From assembly GCF_001194135.2 (NCBI RefSeq), contig NC_068984.1, forward strand, positions 135,829,325-135,893,324: a stretch of DNA of 64,000 nucleotides, in the 5' to 3' direction. Below, piece by piece: positions 54,043 through 64,000 of the stretch. Positions within the stretch are counted from its first letter, which is position 1. Each line of letters begins with the position of its first letter. The notes beneath the pieces are model-generated. The model saw nothing but the letters and a program-made list of their open reading frames with translations, had not been told where the DNA came from and searched no databases. The DNA is from Octopus bimaculoides (taxonomy: Eukaryota). A program made the translations under genes and the position numbers.

Positions 54043-54225
54043 AGTTAGCAGTTTGGGTGTTGTCCCAAGTGTATCAATTACCGCGAGAATAATTGTCAAC
54101 TTAATCTTCCATAGATCCACGGGTTATCTCCCAATATTTCTTAATTCTTTTGGTTTCCACTCTATTCGCATTTGGTATTGCTAAGTCTTTGATCTTAAAT
54201 AGTGCATTTTCCGTCTTTAATCATA
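54043..54225 (-). mobile_element. Dong/R4-like RLE fragment
   Basis: KDLAIPNANRVETKRIKKY / DLWKIKLTIILAVIDTLGTTPKLL. Confidence 0.65.
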
Positions 54226-54779
54226 TCTAGTCGACCTGTTTCAATAATATGATTAACCTTTTATGGGTAAATCGCATAAATTCCTATAATTATTATTTTA
54301 TATCGCGTGCCTTTATCGCAATACCAATCACAGCTTTGTGCGTCTTGCGGATTTAAAGCATTGTGTGTTATTTTTGCTACATTTATTTTATTGCGTGTGC
54401 CCTATGAAATATTTATGCGGTGCATAGCAATGATCGTTTTTGAATGCTATTCATATTTCTAAGTTCTATTGTAGTTATATATTTACCTGTTTGTCTTCAT
54501 TCGCAAGGCAACCATTGTTGCAAGGGATTGATTTTGTTTCGTTTTTGTTTTTTCTTTCTTTTTTTTTTCTTCTTCTTCTTCTTCTTATTATTATTATTAT
54601 CACCATCATCGTCATAATCACCATTATGCCAAGTAGTTTCACTTTTATTACCTGATTTCGCTGCACAACCAGGAGAATTTCTTGTTTGTAGTTCTTAGTT
54701 TAGCTTTTATGTTTTTCTATTGTGTTGAAGAAAAAAAAACTATTCGTAATATCAGTGCAATGCATAGTTGTGCTCTTTT

Positions 54780-55760
54780 CGTCCTGTTATTTGTGCTTGG
54801 TAGCATTTAGGATACTTCTGGTAATGAAGATGTGCCTATTATAGGTTTTACTTTGAAAAGTCTGATCCCGCACGAGTTTATGCTGTCCATAATCCTTCTC
54901 AAAAATTATTGAACATCGCTCATTGTTGGTACCAGATTGATTGGTAATTATTTGTACATCCTTCTTGATAAAAGAAATTTTGGATGAAATCGATATTTCG
55001 CTTTTGTACAGGGAACCATTGTTCATTTTCCAAACCAACGGATTGTATACGATTTAACAAGAAATTCTTATTTCAGACATTTTTTTGAGGTCGACTAGTT
55101 ATTTTTCCTGACTATATATTTTTGTATTACTTATGCCTAATCTTTTCTCTTTTGTTCCCATCGTTCCTTTATGGATTGATTAAATAAATGAGGGATCATT
55201 ACTATTAATTTTTAAATGTTTATATATAGTTCTTCATCATGTGTTTCATTGTTGTTCTGTAACGCTATATTAAGAGATATTGGGGCCTAATCACATTTAT
55301 CTATACCAAATGTAGCTGCTGTCCGTATTATTTTATTTAACCAGGAGATATTAATGTTCCTCTCTGCTTCATTGGCTCTACGGTTGCCAGGTTTGCATTT
55401 TTCAATTTAGTTAACATTTTATCGTGATTGTTTTTTCTATGGGTAACAATTTAAACCGTCCATAGGAAGATATATTGATTTTATTATTTAAATATCTCCA
55501 CCTTTTAGACTATCGGTTCGTTAACGTTTTCCAACTTTAAAAATTCTTATTCGTCAATCTTTCTTCCATTCCATTTTATTGGTATTTGGGTTTGTGTTCT
55601 GGTTTTTGTTGGCCAATATTCTGTAAGTCTTCTTCAGTTTGCTTCTATTGTGGTGTATTACTCTCTTTGTTCAACATGTTTTATGAGTGTTACTATTTCC
55701 AAAACTAGTTTTTTTATTGATTTCATTTGTATTTTTGTATATTTATTAAACATTCGTTTC
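54780..55760 (-). other. T-rich tract, possible ancient CR1/Jockey-like LINE remnant
   Basis: Strong T skew on +; only a weak SINSCGIRLF hint on -. Confidence 0.25.
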
Positions 55761-55929
55761 ATTTTCTATGTTCTACTTTTATATCAGATATTGCATTGAC
55801 TTTGAGAGAGAAACATCTTAATTTATTCTCACAATATTGTCCAGTGTTTCGTTTTCCTTTTCTCTGATCTATATCTCTGTAGAACTATATTTAGATATGT
55901 ATTTAGTATACAATATATTCCTGTCAATC

Positions 55930-55959
55930 CCATCACTACTACTACTACTACCACTACTG

Positions 55960-55999
<40 letters not shown>

Positions 56000-56012
56000 C
56001 AAAACCACCACC

Positions 56013-56053
<41 letters not shown>

Positions 56054-56081
56054 ATATTATTATTATTTTTATTATTATTAA

Positions 56082-56138
<57 letters not shown>

Positions 56139-56139
56139 C
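55930..56139. repeat. (TAC)n-(CAC)n-(TAC)n-(TAT)n compound array
   Basis: Tandem triplets. On the minus strand, (TAA)n follows the Dong-like 3' UTR. Confidence 0.95.
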
Positions 56140-57043
56140 TTGTCTATTATGAAAAACTCGGACAGTTCTTAGTTACTGGTTATTCTTTACTTAAAAGCAG
56201 GAAATAAGAAATCACCAAAAGGTTTCAAGTAGAGCTTTTCCTGTGATTCAAAAAGACAATACTTTCCTTAGAATGCGAGCTGTACGCAGCAGTGCTGTCT
56301 TTTCCATCACCTCGAGCCTGACAACAGCTCTCAAATTCTCAAGTTTTTCAAAGCTCTTGGAAACTGCTCCTGATGCTCTATTTACCACCGGTAACACCAT
56401 CACTTTCCTCATGCCCCATAACTCTCCTATCTCGTCCTGCAGTGACTGGTATTTCTCAATCTTTTCTGTTTCGTTACCTTTCACCCTCGAATCGTCTGGT
56501 ATTGCAACATCTATTATCTTTACTTCTTTTTCATCTTTATAGATGAGTACGATATCTGTTCGTCCCGGCTCTACGACTTGCTCGCACTGAATGTTAAAAT
56601 CCCAGAGTATTTTGTTATGTTCGATTGTCATTACTCCTTGTGGCATGTGTTCATACCATTGTTAGGCTCTGCTTTACCACACAATAGCCTGTGCAGATAT
56701 CTGGTCACATTGCCGTGTCCCTTTTTGTACGAGCATACAGCCACTAACAATATGGCTTATACTTTTTTCCCTTCTCAGGGCACATCCTACACTGTGGCGA
56801 GTCAGTACTTTTCTCAATGTGATATTTGGAGCAGTTTGTTCTGAGAGCTTGTTCTTGAGCGCTGCATCCTAATGTCTCAGTGGGCCCTTTTACGTCTCGT
56901 TTCTGCGACCATTGCTAGGTTCTATTCCAAGCAATCTGATATCTATTCTTCAAGAAGCGACTGCGCATTTTCTTGTCCTTCCAAAATTTCAAGTGCTCTC
57001 TAGTATTTCTTAAATTGTGTTGGATCCACGTCTTCGTTCACTT
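56140..57043 (-). mobile_element. Dong/R4-like non-LTR element, 3' ~900 bp (CCHC finger, RLE, 3' UTR, TAA tail)
   Basis: AQEQALRTN...IEKSTDSPQCRMC...HIVSGC...HGNVTRYLH precedes ORF 56248-56646 KILWDFNIQCEQVVEPGRTDIVLIYKDEKEVKIIDVAIPDDSRVKGNETEKIEKYQSL...KTALLRTARILRKVLSF*, which carries the PD-(D/E)xK-type RLE motifs. Confidence 0.92.
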
Positions 57044-57258
57044 TTAAGGCTCCGCGAATTAGTGGAATCGTTAGTGCGCTGGGTGAAATGCCCAGCGATG
57101 TTTGGCCCGTCGCTACGTTCTGAGTTCGAATTCCGCCGAGGTCGACTTATCCTTTCATCCTAAAGGGGTCAATTAAATAAGTACCAGTTACGTACTGTGG
57201 TCGATGTAATGGAGTTAATCCCCTCCCCCAAGTTATTCTTGTGGCAAAATTTTGAAAT
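57044..57258 (+). mobile_element. SINE family B, full length
   Basis: ggaatcgttagtgcgctgggtgaaatg...tacgttctgagttcgaattccgccgaggtcgac...aagtaccagttacgtactgtggtcgatgtaat. Confidence 0.9.
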
Positions 57259-57259
57259 G

Positions 57260-57555
<296 letters not shown>

Positions 57556-57989
57556 CCACATATTTTTCTGCATTCACAGTAAAAGATCCACTCCCCATAA
57601 TTCATACTTGAATATTTATTCGAAACATTCACGAGAAGAGAAACTCCTCATAAACCTCTCCATATTTTCTAATCAAGCAAGACACTGGCATCTTGTCCAC
57701 ACTCATCTTCATTTTGATAAACATCCATGACTAAAAGTTATAAACAACAGCGTTGCTGTTTATGGAAGATTTCATTGACAGATATAGTATCAAGGCGCCA
57801 GATACTGTCTCCAATTTTGGTGCAAATATGATTTTCTACTTACAATTTTTTAAAATTATAATCACAACTAACACCATGACCAGAATCACGAACAACAGCA
57901 GCAGAACGACGATGCAGACATTAAAAATAAGCTACGACTAACATCAAAAGTATAACAAACAAGAACCACATATATGCATGTGCGTGTGT

Positions 57990-58147
57990 GTGTGGCTGTG
58001 TCGTAAGTAGCTTGCTTACTAGCCACATGGTTCCGGGTTCAGTCTCACTGCGTGGCACCTTGGGCAAGTGTCTTCTACTATAGCCTTGGGCCGATCAAAG
58101 CCTTGTGATTGGATTTGGTAGACGGAAACTGAAAGAAGCCAATCGTG

Positions 58148-58208
<61 letters not shown>

Positions 58209-58400
58209 ATATGTTCGTGTGTCTGTGTTTGTCCCCCCAACATCGCTTGACAGCCGATGCTGGTGTGTTTACATCCACGTAACTTAGCGGTTCGGCTAAA
58301 GAGACCGATAGAATAAGTCCTGGGGTCGATTAGCTCTACTAAAAGGCGGTGCTCCAGTATGGCCACAGTCAAATAACTGAAATAAGTAAAAGAGTAAAAT
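57990..58400 (+). mobile_element. SINE family A, full length with an expanded internal (TA)n
   Basis: Head gctgtgtcgtaagtagcttgct...ggttcagtctc, CORE-like ccttgggcaag, ~55-bp internal (TA)n and the family A 3' half. Confidence 0.9.
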
Positions 58401-58425
58401 ATATATTTATACACAGACACGCGCG

Positions 58426-58473
<48 letters not shown>

Positions 58474-59218
58474 CACACACAGATAACACACGGACATGCA
58501 CTTACACGCAAACACACATACACGCACAAAAATATATCAGGGTGTATATTAGTTGGGGTTTAATGTAGGCTGTGATAATTGTTACATCATGCAGTCTGCG
58601 GCTGAATGACATATGCCAAATGATTTACAAGAAGTACACTTTTGTATAATATCTTAATGAAAACCTAAATGACAAAACAGAAGTACTATCGAAATGACTT
58701 CAACAAATGTATTTCAATATGGAAAATTACAAAATGACTGCCTAAATAATATAGAAAGTTATCGAAATTGTTATATCTATATCATCCCCTAACCGTTTAT
58801 CCGTTAGTTGTAGTTTAATGTTTGACATGACTCCCATCACTATTACACAGGTATAGGAACAAATAGACATGAAATTCATAGGTCCAAGTTCTCTGCTCTT
58901 TTTTAAGTTCTTATTTTTTCTGCACTGATGAGTACTTTGATATTTACAAATTCTGAAACAGAAGTTAGATCTATGTATGAAACGATCAAATGCATAAATA
59001 AATTTCTTACAAAACCTTAACATCTTATCTCTTCCATTTAAAAAAAAATATTAGATTTGTAGGACTTCATTCTATAACTTAATCATACACTTGATATACT
59101 AATACACCTTTTCATATTTGCGCCAATTTACACCAGCAAATTATGAAGATTTAACGTTAGAATCCTTTTGGAAACCATTCCAAGTAAAGGAGGAATCAAC
59201 ATTGAATCTTGTAAACAA

Positions 59219-59275
<57 letters not shown>

Positions 59276-59629
59276 TACATACACATGCTACAAGCATTAA
59301 CACACGCAACAAAGATAGACAAAGATAACTTTCGCCTATATACATACACCATACACATGCACACTGTTTGGTCACAGAAAGATATACACTTACACATGTG
59401 CACAAACCAGGTGACAAAACACATCATTCGCTAAACAGAACGCACACACACGCTACACACACACACTCACACACGTGAGAGTCACTCGCCCCTGTTCACA
59501 CATACACACTATAGACTCAGACACACCATTCCCACATATACACGCGCACGCACACTTTCTCTTGTTGGAATCACTATCACTTTATTATCTCCCTTTCATT
59601 CGACTTTTTCTTTTTTCCCAATCGTCTGC

Positions 59630-59820
59630 CATACTGAACCGCTGAACTCAACAATATGTTTTCACTCTCTCTCTCTGCTTATTTTCTGTGCTTTTTTTCT
59701 GTTGAAGAGCGTAGGCTCGAAACGTAAAAGACTTTTTCATTTTACTCTAGTATCAAACTAATATACTTCCTTGTTGTTAATACACCAGTCTTCGTCTCCT
59801 ATTTTGCTATAAATTCCAAT
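59630..59820 (+). mobile_element. ~200-bp Penelope-LTR-like repeat, copy 3
   Basis: Aligns with the other two copies. The hammerhead motif at 59694-59732 has one core substitution. Confidence 0.7.
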
Positions 59821-59828
59821 CATCTCTC

Positions 59829-59864
<36 letters not shown>

Positions 59865-59933
59865 NNNNNNNNNNNNNNNNNNNNNNNNNNNNNNNNNNNN
59901 NNNNNNNNNNNNNNNNNNNNNNNNNNNNNNNNN

Positions 59934-59991
<58 letters not shown>

Positions 59992-60159
59992 TACATACAT
60001 ACACACATACATACATACACACATACATACACACATATATATATATATAAATGTTAGAATACGTGTAGAAAGATGGGTAGTAGATTAACAGATATACATA
60101 CATCTATTGATCTCTCTATTTATCTAGTTATTTATCTAAGATATAAGTGGTATATGTGT

Positions 60160-60161
60160 GC

Positions 60162-60230
<69 letters not shown>

Positions 60231-60237
60231 TAGATAA

Positions 60238-60270
<33 letters not shown>

Positions 60271-60313
60271 CAAATAGATAGATAGATAGATAGATGGATG
60301 GATAGATAGATAA

Positions 60314-60350
<37 letters not shown>

Positions 60351-60420
60351 CGTAGAGAGAGAGGGAGTGACAGAGAGACAAAGAGACAGTCAAACAGACA
60401 GACAGAGGCTGAGAGAGGGA
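60160..60420. repeat. (TA)n-(GA)n-(GATA)n compound microsatellite
   Basis: Tandem units read directly. Confidence 0.95.
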
Positions 60421-60465
60421 GGGTTACAATTTCAATAGTTCTACACTACATGTAACATACGTTAG

Positions 60466-60957
60466 ATGGCTGTCAGCACAGCATCAGTAGCCAAGTTTGC
60501 CGAGTTACAAAGAAGAATTATTTTAATAAATGTAAATACATCTCGGCAGCTATATCTCAATAATTATATGGAAGTGATTGAACTCTGCATGAATATATGC
60601 TTCTTGCTGGGCTGTTCATTATCTCCCCTCCATGACCGAATATATTCACTCAGCATCAAAAGAAATTTCAAAGGTTGCCACCTTCAGATATTATTATATA
60701 TGGAGATGATATTCACAACTGGGGAATCGTTTTTAACGTATCTCGAAATGTGTTTAATAACTCATTTTAATTCTGTGTTTATCAGACCGATAATGGTACA
60801 CTTCTCAGCTGATAAATTATCGAATTTTACTACGAAAATTAATCTAAGAACGTGCACTACTTTAGTTAAGCTACATAACAAGAAATATTTAGTACCAAAA
60901 ATAGCGCGTACTTTAGACAATAGAACACTGAAGGTTTTTGACTGCATTGTCCAATAG
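60466..60957 (+). CDS. Unassigned 163-aa ORF, may be non-coding
   Basis: It is the longest N-free, non-microsatellite ORF in the track. I recognise no motif, and it starts directly after an in-frame TAG. Confidence 0.12.
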   Translation: MAVSTASVAKFAELQRRIILINVNTSRQLYLNNYMEVIELCMNICFLLGCSLSPLHDRIYSLSIKRNFKGCHLQILLYMEMIFTTGESFLTYLEMCLITHFNSVFIRPIMVHFSADKLSNFTTKINLRTCTTLVKLHNKKYLVPKIARTLDNRTLKVFDCIVQ

Positions 60958-61400
60958 AAATCATTAAAACTATACCTAATTCTCTTGGGATTTGCTTGTA
61001 GATATAGAGGCAAGTGTATATTGCTAACCAGCAAGGAACATTGTACCAGCGAAACTTACAGAACATGCTTATTGTATCTGCAGATACAAAATAACAAATG
61101 AAGAATGTCTTTTGTCAAACAAATTCCAGCCGGCTGCTAAACACCTTAGCGCTCTGTGTTTCTCTTTTAGAATGTCATATTTTGCATCTTCTAAACATAT
61201 GGGTTTTACAAGCTGCAAGGATGAGGACACTGGAAGAGGAAAGCCAAAAGAATAGTAAATTCAACTGTGGAAGTTGCAAACCGTAAACGTATGTAACATT
61301 TACAGCAGCAAGCTTCCACCAGGGCGGACGATTTTTAGTCCACACTTTCTAGTACATTACCGGGGATCATGGAGTATTGGTGACAGCTGTTCTGCCACCG

Positions 61401-61436
<36 letters not shown>

Positions 61437-63194
61437 NNNNNNNNNNNNNNNNNNNNNNNNNNNNNNNNNNNNNNNNNNNNNNNNNNNNNNNNNNNNNNNN
61501 NNNNNNNNNNNNNNNNNNNNNNAGAGAGAGAGAGAGAGAGAGAGATATATATATATATATATATCAGCACTTGACAGAACGATCAAATAAACATGTATAG
61601 TAAACTATTAATTTAATGATACGTTTTCATAAGGAACAATTAATTAGGCGGTTTTAGCTCAGCAATATGTTTATCGTTTGGACAATTCTATGTGACATGT
61701 GTCATGAATCTACTACTACAAGTGAAAGGCGAAAAGTTGTTGCCTTTAATATAAGCTTGAGGAAGTTCTGCTGCCATACGGCTCTTTACACTTGTTAAAC
61801 AAATCATGCGATATTTATATGTTATCCCTATATATTATATATTACCATAAGTGTTCATTGATTTTCAAACTAGCCGCGCCTCTTCTGTTTTGGATGTACA
61901 TTTGCCAGTCACTGCTGCAATGGGTAATTAGGAAAACTCTGATCAGCTAACCATTGGAATGGAAAATAATGAAACTTGATCATGGATATGAATCGGTTTG
62001 ACATAATTTTTAGAAGACACATGCCTCTGAGAATGTGGATGGTTATCTACTTATATTCCCGCATTCACTGTTACATGAAACATCAGCGTGTATTAGAAAA
62101 TCTTAAGGGTATAGAGAATGCATTCAACGTTTAGCCAAGTTAAGAGCTGTAGGTTACATTTATGTGCAAAATACCTGACACTCAAGTTTTCAAAATATGA
62201 GCCTTCACGCATATCACAAATCCGGAAGGAAAATAACTACAGAAATCCATATCGTTAATATAGTGACGATTTTAAATTTTGTTTCATCACTGTTTGACAC
62301 TTGTTGAAGAGCAATTAGGGAGAACATGAAGTGTAAATTATCTTGGTGAATAGATTTTGATTACTACCTCCCAGAATAATTTATAATATATTTGTAGGAA
62401 AACCACTTATTTCAAAGTATAATTTATCTGTTGATGTGGAAATAGTTTCTATAAAGCTATGTACTAAGTGGCTTATTCTACAGCATTGTGTATTTCTTGA
62501 CATATACTTCTAGAATGTCACGGTTAACATTTAAAGAGAATACTAAGATCTTTGAATTGGAAATATGCGAAGAAATGTAATTTAAAAGAGATCGATAACG
62601 CTACGAATTGAGATAAATTCAATACTTAAAGATTAACAAATCTATCTTTTTAATTCAAATAAGAAATATATAAAAATATTCTTGTAAAATATTAGTTCAG
62701 ATAATTAAATTATTTTACTGGCATTTATTTTATCAATCCGAGATGTATAAACAAAAATGAAGAATATCAAATGCTGTTTCATACTTTAGTGCTACATATA
62801 GAGAAATAGTAAGTTATGAATGTACATATTATAAAACTCGTATATTCTGAGACATGTAAGTAGGAGTTGCCTCTTCAAAAATTATCTGTTAAAAGACATA
62901 GAAATGCAGAGTACTAATCTTCTTCACATGAGTGTATATAGGTCTTAGTGGGCATTTCTAACGATTTGGCTTTCAAGAACACAACAATCATCTCGAATCT
63001 TGTATACAAAATATAAATCAAACAAAAAATGTTAAAACAAAAGTTATAAATGTATGTAACTTAAACGAGAATATAGTAACATCTAATTATTCTAAGGAAC
63101 ACATTTTCTTCAAGGACCAAGGTCAAATAATCTATGTATGTATTTTCTATTCCATCTCTTCCTCTTTTTTAATATATACCGGTTTATGCATATA

Positions 63195-63266
63195 CCTACA
63201 TGCATATGTGTGTGTGTGTGTCTGTCTGTGTGTGTGTATGTGTGTGTGTGCGTGTATGTGTGTGTC

Positions 63267-63297
<31 letters not shown>

Positions 63298-63345
63298 TTG
63301 TGTATGTGTGTGTGTATGCGTGTGTGTGTGTGTGTGTGTATCATG
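63195..63345. repeat. (TG)n degenerate microsatellite
   Basis: Tandem TG units with interruptions. Confidence 0.95.
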
Positions 63346-63941
63346 CCCAACAGAATAAATTATAAAGAGGCAATCCAAAGTCATCACATCATTTGTAGCA
63401 TATTTATGCAGGCGAGAGAATTAATATAGCAATCAGGAAACCAAGAAATGGTGGGAGACTGAGTGTTCATAGTGATTCGGCGTAGGCGAATTCAAATCCA
63501 AGGAAACATTACTAAGACATCATTTGGATCAATTCTTCCGGATAGTTAAGTAAAATCTGCAGAATCCCAGTTGAAAATTTATCACGTAATGGAGCAGTAG
63601 ATGTTTGAACTGACCGCTTTTTGCATATAAGTTTTACATTATATTGGTCATTTTCTCACGTATTAATTAGGTATCATTAAAAGAAGAAGAAGCAGAACAA
63701 CAACAACAGCAGCAGTAGCAACAGCAACAAGAATGGTTTCAAATTTGGCAGAAGTCCAGATAGTAAAAATGGACGAAATAACGCCGTGTGCTAAAGAACA
63801 CTGCTTTAGTGTGAAGCATACAAAGCAAATTTCTAAATAATGTCACTAAAAATACAATAGTCCCTCGACTATCCTAGGTGTGACGTTTCAAATCAACTCA
63901 CGAGAGGCGAAAATTCATGAAGTATTTTATATATATTGATA

Positions 63942-64000
<59 letters not shown>

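Noticed and set aside
63688-63730. GAA/CAA/CAG run resembling a polyQ coding tract
   Set aside because: It is a short compound microsatellite followed by a SINE-B-like tail fragment, with no supporting ORF.

Overview
This is AT-rich, microsatellite-saturated eukaryotic (metazoan) DNA from a draft short-read assembly, with 22 N-gaps totalling about 6.4 kb. The SINE families and repeat load look cephalopod (octopus-like); that assignment is my inference, not checked. I found no recognisable host protein-coding gene, rRNA, true tRNA or CRISPR array, so the window reads as intron or intergenic sequence. Almost all supplied ORFs are translations of (CA)n/(TA)n/triplet repeats or N-runs. The interpretable content is transposon-derived: (i) about 15 copies or fragments of at least four tRNA-like SINE families, labelled A-D here; (ii) seven fragments of restriction-endonuclease-type (Dong/R4-like) non-LTR elements; (iii) an RTE LINE 3' end, a Tx1/L1-like fragment and a Penelope GIY-YIG fragment; (iv) three mariner remnants and a probable hAT MITE; (v) an internally deleted Helitron with recognisable 3' terminus (about 16.3-18.45 kb). 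The most interesting signal is a ~200-bp dispersed repeat (19.3, 51.2, 59.7 kb). Its three-copy consensus is a minimal type-I hammerhead ribozyme, CTTT-CTGACGA-A-GAGC-gtag-GCTC-GAAAC-GTA-AAAG. A second, more decayed hammerhead-like motif sits at the boundary of an inverted repeat at 19.6-19.8 kb. A candidate 18-nt micro-exon and several strong 3' splice sites hint at an unrecognised host gene, but none can be confirmed from sequence alone.
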